This document shows positions 8,301 through 16,038 of a DNA stretch of 27,331 bases, piece by piece. Position 1 is the stretch's first letter. Every line of letters starts with the position of its first letter. The notes below the pieces were generated by a model, which saw nothing but the letters and a program-made list of their open reading frames with translations, made no database searches and was not told where the DNA came from. Source of the DNA: a virus (Duplodnaviria; Caudoviricetes); the IMG/VR virus record IMGVR_UViG_3300011441_000031, positions 1-27,331 of that record. One strand, 5' to 3'. Made by a program: the position numbers and the translations under genes.

Positions 8301-11300
8301 GAGCTGGTCCGTGGCTACTTCACCGACGCCGTACTGGTTGAGGCCGACGGGTTCGCGCTGTCGCTGTTCAACCCGGGCGGCGACGAACCGTGCATCACGC
8401 TCGGTGTGTCCGGTGAAGGTGTTGAGAACGCGCGGCGCCGGGTGCTGGCCGCGGTCGAGGACTACGGCGCGGACCTACCCGAGCAACACCAGCCTTGGCA
8501 CGCGCATCTCACACTTGCGTACACCGATGATCTGGCCATGGTTGGTGAGTTGGTTGGCCGTACCGGGCCGGTGACCTTTGATCGGGTGCGAGTCGCGTTC
8601 GGTGGCGGATACGAGGACATCCCGCTCGGTAGCGAATCGAACGAGCCGCTGACTGACACGGACCGCGCCGCCTTCGATCTAGCTACCCGCATCGCCTCGC
8701 GGGCCGGGTTCAAGCCAAACCAGCCGCGTGACCCCGGTGGTGAGGGCGGCGGCCAGTGGATCCACATCGGCGGCAAGCTGTTCGAACTTCTTGACGGCGT
8801 CATGTCGGCGCTGCTACGTGACGACGGCACGGTAGAGCTGGCCCTTGACCCGGACGGGGACCGCCAACAGGTGCACTTCCCCGCATCCGACGGGACACTA
8901 TTGGCCGACGTGCTCGGTGATGCGGCGCACGGACCGTCCGACTTGGACGAACGCGACACGGTCAAGGTCGGCACGGACGGCGGCGACGTGTCGGTCACGT
9001 CCGGCGACGGCCGGGTAGTGCTCGGCTTCGACACCGACGACGGTCCGGCCACAGTCACCATGTCACCCGAGCAGGCCGACGAGGTCGCCGGCACACTGCG
9101 GGACTTCGCCGACCAAGCCACCCCGGCCACGGTCGCGTCGCGGGTCGTGTCCGAAGATCTGACGGTCAGCCTTGGCGCGGATGACCGGTTGCGGGTCACG
9201 TTGGGCTCGTCGGCCACCCCCGAACCGGTGGCGCTGACCGGCGCACAGGGCGTCGGGATCGTGGACGGCTTGGCCGAGTTCAAAACCTACAAGCCGACCG
9301 TCGCACCTAAGCCGAAGTGGTTCGGCAAGAAGGTCAAGCCCGACCCGAACGCCGACGATCTGGCCATTGTGGCGAGCCTGCGGGTCGACTCGACGACGGA
9401 CATGGACCTGTACGCCGACGGTTCCGTGTCGATCGCCGCACGTCTTGATGGTGGCGGTTCGACGGACGTGTACGTGCCGGCGCAGGACGTTGACGCGATG
9501 ATCGCCGCACTGAAGGAACTACTCGGCATGGCCCGAGATTGGCGCTCGCTGATCCGAGCAGGGTTTGACGTCCACCAGCCGCGCGACCCGGTAGGGCGCT
9601 GGGTCGACATGCCCCTGTCGTGGGCCGAGTTGATTGAGCGGTTCGGGGATCTGGTCGACGAACGCAACGTCGGCGACTACCACATCGGCGCCCACGAGGG
9701 CGGCCGGGTCGTGCTCAGCTTCGACGCGGACACCCCTGGTCGTCGTACGGTACTACGGGATCTCACCCCCGACGAGGCCCGCGCAGTGGGTGACGACCTA
9801 GACGAGATGGTGTTCGACGCCGCGAACGTCGAGATCGACGACGACGACCCACCGGCGAGCATGAACGATCTTGTCGACGACACCAGCACCGCGCTGCGAC
9901 CCAAGCCGATGACGGTGGGCTACGACTACACGGGCGACATTCACCTCTTCGCCGGTGATGACGATGACGCTGACGAGGTGGCGACCCTCAGCCAGGACGA
10001 GGCAACTGACCTCGCCAACGCATTGCGCGAGTCAGCGGACGGGGCTGATCTGGCCATCGAACGCCGCGACGACCGCGAAGAGGCCGAGCGCCACCGGCGG
10101 GAAAAGGAACGGGAAGCCGCCGATCTGGCCGCTGAACGAGAAGAGGACGAGCGGCTTCGACTCGAAGAGGAACGGGTGGCAGCCGGGGAGACCGAGAGGC
10201 TACGCGCCGAAGAGGAGCGTGAAGCCGCCGAAAGCTGGTGGGAGGACGTTCTCGTTCCGGTCGGTGGTAACCGGTTGGGTATGCAAAGCCCCACTGTTGT
10301 CGAGGTTGAGGACGTTGCGGGTGGTTGGGGCAGCACAACAGTTCCCGTCGAGGATCTCCCTTCGCTGGCCGCCGCGATCCGCGATCTCCGGCGGCAGAGT
10401 GACGGCCTGCCCGAGTTCGTTGGTGAGGACGAAGACGGCGAGGAGATCGGGCCCGAGGTCGTCGCCGAGCGCAAGGTGTCGGATCGCCTGACCCTGAGTC
10501 TGCTCGAAGACGGCAACATGACTCTCCTCACAACCGACCCTGACATCACATGGGAGATCTCGGTCTGGCAGGACAACGCCTCGGAGTTGGCGGATGCGTT
10601 GGAACGACTACTCGCTCGGATACGCGCTACGCCGCAACGCGGCTGGCGGGCCGGTTTCAAGCCGGGTCAGCCGCGGGTACCGTCGCACCCCGGCATGCCG
10701 AATCCGAGTGGCGGCGAGTGGGTCAAGCTGCTCTCCGGCGGGCCGCTGGAAAGCCTGCTGTCCAAGCGCGGCGTCCGGGACATCGCCAAGGCGCTGGATC
10801 TGTGGGCGTCCGGCGGTGGCGACGACAAGCCGCTGGCCGGGTTCTCCGACGGCCAACTGCGCCGGGCCGCACGGGCACAGGGGATCCCGCACGGCGGGGA
10901 TCGGGAAGCGGTGGAGGAGCGGATTCTCGACGAGGTCCGCCGGGTCGTGTCAGCGCGCCGGGCGGGGCACCGGGACCGGCCGAGCTACTCGTTCGGCCGG
11001 GGGGTGGATCGGCCGCAAGCCCGCGACCGGGACGGCCGGCTACGCGACGTCGAGATCCACCAGACGCCGGGCGGCGTGTCGGTGGTGCTGCTCGACTCCC
11101 GCGGCCAGCGCGTCTCCACCGCCGTGGCGGTGAAGGACTTCACCCAACTGCGGGCGTGGGCGAAGCGAAACAAGCTGCGCAACCTGGCCGGCTGGATCGA
11201 CAAGTACCACCCCACTACCCGCGGCGCCAAAGCACGCCGGCAGCGGCGCATCAACGAGACGGTAGACCAGCTCCGCGCGGCACTCACGTACGACGCGGCC

Positions 11301-12719
11301 CGAGCGCAACTGGACGGGATGGAACCGGCCGAGGTTACGGACATCTTCACCCAACTCGGCGGCCGGCTGGATCACCTGCCCAAGGCACCCAGCGGGCGAA
11401 TCAACCAGCGCAGCGCCATCGGCGCGCTGCTGGCCGGCTGGCCGGAGTTTGCCAGAGCGGGGGAGCTTGATCCGGGAGACGTTGCTGTTGCTGATGCGGC
11501 GGAGTTGTCCATACCCGAGCTGTTCGACGACGGGCCTGCGCAGGGGGTTCCGGCGCCGCCGGACGCGTGGGGTGGCCTGCTGGACTGGTTGGATGTGACC
11601 GACGACGAGCGGGCCCGGGACGACGGGCTCACTCGCGACGCCGCGTTCGAGGCGCTTCACCCGCGTTACAAGAAGCCTCACCCGAAGGCCGGCAAATTCA
11701 TGTCGAAGGCCGACATTGCCATGGCCATTGCCGACGCGCTCACCGGGAAAGTACACGCCGGTGAAGCGAAACCGGCAACGAAGAAGCCTGCCAGACCCCG
11801 CGTGCCCCACGCGTCGAAAGCTGTCAAGGCCACGCCGGTACCTGCAAAGAAAGCAGCGCAGGCGGCGGAAGAACGCGCCGCGGCGCGCGCCCACGTTGGG
11901 GGCATCATCGCCGAGTTGGAACGTTCTCATCCGGATCTTCGCGAAGAGGACAGGGCCGTGATTGGTGCGATCCACGCGGCCCTGGACCGGCAGGCTGAGT
12001 TGGTGCCACGTACGGTGATGCACCTGCACGGAGTGGGCTTCCTCCCCGAGAGCGGCTTCGGCTCATACCAGCCGGCTTACAACTTTGGCACGAGCCCGAT
12101 GATCCCGGATGAGAAACGGTACGGGCCCGGTCAGCAGATCTGGCTGAACCGCAAGTGGGTCACGCACCGCCGCTTCCCCGACCACGATGCGACACGGCGC
12201 TATCGCGCGGAACTCGAAGAGAAATTCGTCGAGGTGGTACGCAAGGGGTGGTTTCCGGGATCCGCAGGCGCCGATGACCCGATGACGTACGTGGTCAGTC
12301 ACGAGACGGGACACCACCTACAGCGGATGTTGGCCTTCACCGTGCCCGCCTACGGACTTGGGGGGAGGGAACACGTCGAGGAACGCTTCCGGCCGGCCGT
12401 GCTGCGTCCGTTGTTGACCGCGTTGGACACCCACATGGGCACGACGTTCATGGCGGACCTCGACTCGCGAGGCACCTATCGGGAACGGGCCGGGCTCGTA
12501 GTCTCTATGGACTACCTCGATGGCGTAGCGAAGAAACATGGCAGGAAGTTGACGAAGGATGTCTCCGGCTACGGCGGGTCGGGCAAGTTCGACGAACTGC
12601 TCGGGGAGGTCTGGGGCCGCTACAGCATGGAGGGCGACACCGCCCCGGACCCGATCCGCCAGGTCGCTATGATACTCCAGCGGCTCGCCGAACAGGCCGC
12701 GAAGAAGTGGACGCCATGA
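5331..12719 (+). CDS. Giant polyvalent protein (2462 aa): Lys/Ala/Pro linkers, Nudix, GrpE-like, ART-like, 2H phosphoesterase, acidic repeats, basic HeH-like module, C-terminal zincin
   Basis: ATG 5331 after a G-rich RBS. Nudix box GALDEHENPYQGVAREAHEEIGV (6264-6332); FDPRTHE...RPGY (7095-7265); LFRG...YGSG...VLNR (7470-8060); HCTL and HLTL (8235, 8505); HETGH (12300-12314) with VSGYG...ELLGE. Confidence 0.85.
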   Translation: MSLTAAADEIDQLFAGFTRKRVPGVPGDPEHLKLHPHSPQTGKFVETPDVVAALVDAIKKKLTDKPAKKTAPKATKAAAPRAPRAPKAVKAAPAKKATPAKAPTKKAVSTKKAVLSKALPDGTAKRGDLVVVETTDSYADGGHLNGVPAFRVAKVVSVTKDGKVKAFVTGDDPPRRVEHLPRDHKLHVVSADHIDVDAALVTARDNPWPHAPEHKGKAYDSLDEVREALRPHLKVKERGSSPKSVLSPPTGRFELAEDRGQSGDGRAPGGQWGRYGAAGVLVRSTDGDEPRFLLLKTGAWVDAGGKWQLPGGALDEHENPYQGVAREAHEEIGVPEDVVKSLRPVGEHVYQPDPDWRYTTIAADVDTPFEVRIDGDETTDAKWFTVAEIDQMLDDDVIQKSLKKTLRSIIDSYPKAKPAKKPRAPKAKAAKAAGKADVRGLAGVNGGLLDADAADGFQRRLDGGESHSAVADDIERYAANDGLPAQHAWGRIAARLRANDPNPPAADVQAGRIRQAKLDSAREVAGVLTELDELHASKASPRALEHRLRARARQDSLPQDMTDALIAAGISGDRKQIDKAIDRLAAEHGLTRISARAGSVEPFDPRTHEMLGDSTRVPGGAVLIVRPGYAVDVDGERVQVSRAAVLPATPEQAAAAVPVKKAVKAATKTAAKTKVEGGGRDLLALGSGPLATKLVKQAGVSGLAPGQRPQGPHGDELLHHIALEQGWTDRPRQVDHAEFDRLIADGRPELFRGVETRAEVDRLVTGEPYFGDSVYGSGINATSDRPDALMYGDHVVRMTFAPDTRIVDLDEVQADQARFWSARTQSADQRLVFGGDSSRFAAARGIDVIRIRRQDDGEVLDVTEDPAWLDAIAGTMGYLSAAELPDGVIAELQRMRGEHYLVLNRGVLVVDTEPAGLVTAREVPSSRSAQSSFTRADEPHTGAMVALVPTAEDAKRLAVDDGLPVNELHCTLFYLGDATDFPAEPRKHLVELVRGYFTDAVLVEADGFALSLFNPGGDEPCITLGVSGEGVENARRRVLAAVEDYGADLPEQHQPWHAHLTLAYTDDLAMVGELVGRTGPVTFDRVRVAFGGGYEDIPLGSESNEPLTDTDRAAFDLATRIASRAGFKPNQPRDPGGEGGGQWIHIGGKLFELLDGVMSALLRDDGTVELALDPDGDRQQVHFPASDGTLLADVLGDAAHGPSDLDERDTVKVGTDGGDVSVTSGDGRVVLGFDTDDGPATVTMSPEQADEVAGTLRDFADQATPATVASRVVSEDLTVSLGADDRLRVTLGSSATPEPVALTGAQGVGIVDGLAEFKTYKPTVAPKPKWFGKKVKPDPNADDLAIVASLRVDSTTDMDLYADGSVSIAARLDGGGSTDVYVPAQDVDAMIAALKELLGMARDWRSLIRAGFDVHQPRDPVGRWVDMPLSWAELIERFGDLVDERNVGDYHIGAHEGGRVVLSFDADTPGRRTVLRDLTPDEARAVGDDLDEMVFDAANVEIDDDDPPASMNDLVDDTSTALRPKPMTVGYDYTGDIHLFAGDDDDADEVATLSQDEATDLANALRESADGADLAIERRDDREEAERHRREKEREAADLAAEREEDERLRLEEERVAAGETERLRAEEEREAAESWWEDVLVPVGGNRLGMQSPTVVEVEDVAGGWGSTTVPVEDLPSLAAAIRDLRRQSDGLPEFVGEDEDGEEIGPEVVAERKVSDRLTLSLLEDGNMTLLTTDPDITWEISVWQDNASELADALERLLARIRATPQRGWRAGFKPGQPRVPSHPGMPNPSGGEWVKLLSGGPLESLLSKRGVRDIAKALDLWASGGGDDKPLAGFSDGQLRRAARAQGIPHGGDREAVEERILDEVRRVVSARRAGHRDRPSYSFGRGVDRPQARDRDGRLRDVEIHQTPGGVSVVLLDSRGQRVSTAVAVKDFTQLRAWAKRNKLRNLAGWIDKYHPTTRGAKARRQRRINETVDQLRAALTYDAARAQLDGMEPAEVTDIFTQLGGRLDHLPKAPSGRINQRSAIGALLAGWPEFARAGELDPGDVAVADAAELSIPELFDDGPAQGVPAPPDAWGGLLDWLDVTDDERARDDGLTRDAAFEALHPRYKKPHPKAGKFMSKADIAMAIADALTGKVHAGEAKPATKKPARPRVPHASKAVKATPVPAKKAAQAAEERAAARAHVGGIIAELERSHPDLREEDRAVIGAIHAALDRQAELVPRTVMHLHGVGFLPESGFGSYQPAYNFGTSPMIPDEKRYGPGQQIWLNRKWVTHRRFPDHDATRRYRAELEEKFVEVVRKGWFPGSAGADDPMTYVVSHETGHHLQRMLAFTVPAYGLGGREHVEERFRPAVLRPLLTALDTHMGTTFMADLDSRGTYRERAGLVVSMDYLDGVAKKHGRKLTKDVSGYGGSGKFDELLGEVWGRYSMEGDTAPDPIRQVAMILQRLAEQAAKKWTP
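11706..11752 (+). repeat. Direct repeat B, copy 1 (copy 2 at 13228-13274)
   Basis: 47 nt with 1 mismatch, encoding KADIAMxIADALTGKV, in frame in both genes; weaker similarity extends over 11658-11785 / 13180-13306. Confidence 0.9.
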
Positions 12720-12997
12720 CCACCACCGGCCCGTACCTGTGTCTGGCGTGCACCAGACCAGCCGGGATGCGCGACGACACCTGCACGGCGTACCCCGATG
12801 GCATACCCAGGGAGATACTCGCTGGTGGAGACCATCGGGGACCGCGGGGCGACGAACGTAACGGGCTGGTGTTCATGAAGCGGGGCGACCCGTCGGCGGA
12901 TATGGTGTTCGCCGCCTGGCGGTCTTTGGCCGGCGGCGAAGGGCCACGATCGTCATCTGCGGAGGTACCGCCAGTTGAACAAGGTGCCGCTTCGTGA
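12716..12997 (+). CDS. Small Cys/His protein, putative partner or immunity protein of the upstream zincin
   Basis: ATGA overlap with the giant gene; CLAC...CTAYPDGIPREILAGGDH pattern, a type I associate with phage head-associated metallopeptidase genes. Function inferred. Confidence 0.7.
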   Translation: MTTTGPYLCLACTRPAGMRDDTCTAYPDGIPREILAGGDHRGPRGDERNGLVFMKRGDPSADMVFAAWRSLAGGEGPRSSSAEVPPVEQGAAS

Positions 12998-13140
12998 CCA
13001 CCACCGTCTTGTACTCACCTAACGACGGTGTTGGGGGTTGGGCGTCAACTTTGGCCCAAACCGCCGACGATGAGGTGCAAGACGTGTCGGTCCGGGCGCT
13101 GCTCGACGGGATCGACGTGGTACTTGGACTCGCCGATGGG
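12994..13140 (+). repeat. Direct repeat A, copy 1 (copy 2 at 15892-16038)
   Basis: 147 nt, 15 mismatches counted by hand (10 synonymous); encodes a 49-aa N-terminal leader, 45/49 identical. Confidence 0.95.
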
Positions 13141-14268
13141 GCGAGTTTCGTACGCGGCGCCGTTTTCGATCCCGCTAAGCATCCGCGCTACCCGAAAGGC
13201 CACCCCAAGGGCGGCAAGTTCATGACCAAGGCCGACATTGCCATGACCATTGCCGACGCGCTCACCGGGAAAGTGGCTGCCGGCGAGGTAAAACCTGCGA
13301 AGAAGCCGCGCGTGCCCCGTGCGCCGAAGGCCGCCAAGGCAGCATCGGCCAAGGCACCGGCGAAGAAGGTTGCCACACCGGCCGAGACGCTACCACGCCG
13401 CCGGCCGAAAGGGCCCAAGAAGGCCAAGAGGCCTAAGGGCGGCACCGAAGTGCCGGCCGCGGCGAAGGCGTACCACCGCAACCTTGACGGCGTCGAAGAC
13501 CTCGCCGAGCACGTCGAGTCCGGATCAATCCGCGATCGGCGGATACCACTGACCAGTAGTGGAGCGTCGGGCGCGACAGTCGAACGGGTTGAGTTCGCTG
13601 ACGGGTCCATGGCAGTAGCCAAAACATATGCCGGTTTTGAGCCGTCACGGTTCACCGTCAAACATCAGGCCGACGCCGAGCACCTGTCGTCCTTGCTGGC
13701 ACGGGCGTTGGGCGTCTCGTCGCCTGGCGTGTACCGTCGCGAGTTCGGCGAGACGTGGCAAGAGTACGTTCCGCACCCGTCAGCGGATGAGGTACGGATG
13801 TCCCTGATGGGCGACGTAGACGAAGTAGAACGGCTTTATCGCCGGGCGAGTCGATCAGATGCCGGGCGTCGGCTTGGGCTGCTCGACCTCATGACACTCA
13901 ACTTCGATCGACACGAGGGCAACTGGCTTGTCGGTGATCACGGCCGGCCGGTGGCCATTGATCACCAGTTTTCGTTCGATCCGGACTTGGTCGACCGCGA
14001 AGCCTTCGCGTACGCAGCTGTCCGTAGTCCGTTCACCGACCGGTATATGGACCGTACGTTTGGCCCGATCGGCGCAAACGGCCTGAACGCGTACGAGTGG
14101 AACGAAAGCAATCCGCTCACGCGAGACGATGTGGACGAGTTGCGCCGTCGGCTGGAGGCGTTGAGGCCGGACTTCGCCCACCGCGGTCGGGAGAACTGGC
14201 TCAACTACGCGCTCCGGATACTCGACGCGTTGGAGCCCCACGCACGCGGGAAGAGGTCGATCTTGTGA
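12994..14268 (+). CDS. Leader + HPR motif + basic linker + HipA/PI3-PI4-kinase-like domain
   Basis: GTGA overlap; Gly-rich loop SSGASG, AVAK, DAEHL, catalytic NFDRHEGNWL (13906-13923), metal-binding AIDHQFSF. Confidence 0.85.
   Translation: MTTTVLYSPNDGVGGWASTLAQTADDEVQDVSVRALLDGIDVVLGLADGASFVRGAVFDPAKHPRYPKGHPKGGKFMTKADIAMTIADALTGKVAAGEVKPAKKPRVPRAPKAAKAASAKAPAKKVATPAETLPRRRPKGPKKAKRPKGGTEVPAAAKAYHRNLDGVEDLAEHVESGSIRDRRIPLTSSGASGATVERVEFADGSMAVAKTYAGFEPSRFTVKHQADAEHLSSLLARALGVSSPGVYRREFGETWQEYVPHPSADEVRMSLMGDVDEVERLYRRASRSDAGRRLGLLDLMTLNFDRHEGNWLVGDHGRPVAIDHQFSFDPDLVDREAFAYAAVRSPFTDRYMDRTFGPIGANGLNAYEWNESNPLTRDDVDELRRRLEALRPDFAHRGRENWLNYALRILDALEPHARGKRSIL
13228..13274 (+). repeat. Direct repeat B, copy 2
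   Basis: 46/47 identical to 11706-11752. Confidence 0.9.
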
Positions 14269-15734
14269 AGACCCTTGCCGTGGTCAGTGTTGACACCGAC
14301 ACCGAAGTATCTCGGATCGTCCTGTCCGACGACGGCGCGGTTACCTACTCGGGCGGCGGCTCGGGTAAAGGCGTACACCAGCAAGCGATGCGGGTCGGTG
14401 GTCTCGGCGCGGTCGAAGCGTTCGACCTGCTGGCCGAGCAGGGGTGGTCCAACGGCAAGCTGCGAATCGTCGAGGCCCCACTCGACGACGAACGGGCGTG
14501 GTGGTCGGCCTTCGAGCGCGAGCTGAGCGGTGCGGATCTGGCCGACTTCAACGCCAAGCATCCGCGTGGTCTGGGCGGGAAGTTCGCCAAGAAGCTCGCG
14601 GAGAGCATCGCCGAAGCACTCGGCGATATGGTCGATGCGGGCAAGGCCAAGCCGCCGCGGAAACCGCGTGCACCGAAGGCGAAGAAGACCGCTAAGGGCT
14701 TGGACGAGGTACACACTGAGGCGGACCTACACGCACTCACTGTGGTGCAGCTGCGCGAGTTGGCCAAGTTGCGTGGTGTCAAAGTGCCGGCGCGAGCGTC
14801 ACGGGCCGAACTGGTCGACGCACTGAAGCCACCACCGCCGAAACCAACCCCGCTTCCGACGCTGACAGGTCGCCACCACACGTGGTGGCTTGACCGTGGC
14901 GACACCGAACCTGACCGGCCGGTTCCGGTACGGGACTTGCAGATCGGCGAGGGTCGTGACGGCACACCCGTCGTCATCCGCAGCGGGTCGCTGCATCGGC
15001 GCGGCGGAGTGGTGGTACTGGTCGACCACGACGGCTTGAGCGACATGGTGTCCGAGGACAAAGTGGTGCGGGAGTTCTTCGATCAACACCGCGAGTTCGA
15101 AACCGCAACGTCGCAAGCCGGCAAATACCAGCGCGGCTACGCCTGGGTTGCGCAGTCCAACCCGGACGACGCCTACTTCGCAACCAGCTACGGCCTGCCC
15201 GACATGGTCTCTTTCGCCACCGCCGGTAACGGGACCACGACGGTGTGGGGTCAACGAGATCCCGTCTTCGGGCCGGGCGGCCACCGGTACATACTGCGGC
15301 ACGAATTCGGCCACAACGTCGGTAGGGGTGTGCTCGCACAATCAGGGTTGGCGCAACTACACGACGGATCTGTGGCGTGGGCCGCTGCGGCGCGGCACGA
15401 CGGCGCAGGCTACCGGCTCAGTAGCGTGGACGACTACGAGGCTTGGGGTGGACTTCCGAAGCCTGAGCTTTACCCCGATCCCTACCGCCAGTTTCCCGAC
15501 GGCGTGACGGACTACGGCCGGAGCAGCCAAGCCGAGGACTTCGCCGAGTCGGTGATGCTGTACCTAAATGAGCAGCGGATCGGCAACGGTCGCCTGGCGC
15601 CGGGAGCGCCGTGGACCGCAATCTATTTCCGGGATCTCTTCCCGGCGCGGGCCGCGCTGCTGGACCGGATCTTCCCCGACGTGGCAGTCAGACAGCAGAA
15701 CCTGCGTCGGTCACTGACGGACGCTCGATCGTGA
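14265..15734 (+). CDS. Small WSNG domain + HPR motif + Rho-N/HeH-like domain + anthrax-lethal-factor-like zincin
   Basis: GTG 14265 overlaps the kinase stop, GAGG RBS at 14253-14256. LTVVQLRELAKLRGVKVPARASRAELVDAL; NPDDAYFA; HEFGH (15300-15314); VTDYGRSSQAEDFAE; FPARAALL. Confidence 0.85.
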   Translation: MKTLAVVSVDTDTEVSRIVLSDDGAVTYSGGGSGKGVHQQAMRVGGLGAVEAFDLLAEQGWSNGKLRIVEAPLDDERAWWSAFERELSGADLADFNAKHPRGLGGKFAKKLAESIAEALGDMVDAGKAKPPRKPRAPKAKKTAKGLDEVHTEADLHALTVVQLRELAKLRGVKVPARASRAELVDALKPPPPKPTPLPTLTGRHHTWWLDRGDTEPDRPVPVRDLQIGEGRDGTPVVIRSGSLHRRGGVVVLVDHDGLSDMVSEDKVVREFFDQHREFETATSQAGKYQRGYAWVAQSNPDDAYFATSYGLPDMVSFATAGNGTTTVWGQRDPVFGPGGHRYILRHEFGHNVGRGVLAQSGLAQLHDGSVAWAAAARHDGAGYRLSSVDDYEAWGGLPKPELYPDPYRQFPDGVTDYGRSSQAEDFAESVMLYLNEQRIGNGRLAPGAPWTAIYFRDLFPARAALLDRIFPDVAVRQQNLRRSLTDARS

Positions 15735-15861
15735 ACATCGTTGACGTCGTCTGGCCGTCCGCGTCGGCTTCTACGATCTCGCCACGTACCGCCTTGTCAC
15801 GGTCGTCGGTGACCTTGCCGTCGGCGTCAACGAGGATCAGCGTCCCTGTGGGTTCGGTCAT
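15688..15861 (-). CDS. Small acidic protein (57 aa), putative immunity partner of the adjacent zincin; the only credible minus-strand gene
   Basis: MTEPTGTLILVDADGKVTDDRDKAVRGEIVEADADGQTTSTMF; fills the gap between two + genes; internal DADG duplication; typical high-GC codon use on the minus strand. Confidence 0.65.
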   Translation of the reverse strand: MTEPTGTLILVDADGKVTDDRDKAVRGEIVEADADGQTTSTMFTIERPSVTDAGSAV

Positions 15862-15891
15862 GCCTACCAGTGTCCCACGGGAGGCGACCAC

Positions 15892-16038
15892 GTGACCACC
15901 ACCGTCTTGTACTCACCTAACGACGGCGTTGGGGGATGGGCGTCAGCTCTGGCCCAAACCCTCAACGACGAGGTGCAAGACGCGTCAGTACGGGCGCTGC
16001 TCGACGGGATCGACGTGGTACTTGGGCTCGCGGACGGC
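15892..16038 (+). repeat. Direct repeat A, copy 2
   Basis: About 90% identical to 12994-13140. Confidence 0.95.

Noticed and set aside
10550-11470. 306-aa alternative-frame + ORF inside the giant gene
   Set aside because: Arg/Gly/Ala/Pro-rich composition typical of off-frame reading of very GC-rich codons.
11040-12029. Long minus-strand ORFs (also 469-1293, 1996-2868, 8462-9283, 21137-22102, 24089-25177, 25141-26052)
   Set aside because: Antisense shadows of well-supported high-GC genes with no recognisable motifs.
5331-12719. MuF/gp7 minor head protein call for the giant ORF
   Set aside because: Position fits, but I found no MuF Cys/His motif (HPxCRC-type); a profile search is still needed.
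14097-14264. Upstream starts in the ORF track (14097, also 3425, 16800, 20423, 22211, 22618, 23057, 24639, 26061)
   Set aside because: They overlap upstream genes or hairpins; downstream starts with an RBS or stop-start coupling fit better (16887 remains uncertain).
12994-16038. 147-nt repeat pair as a diversity-generating retroelement TR/VR
   Set aside because: Mismatches are not adenine-specific, are mostly synonymous, lie at N-termini, and no reverse transcriptase is in the window.
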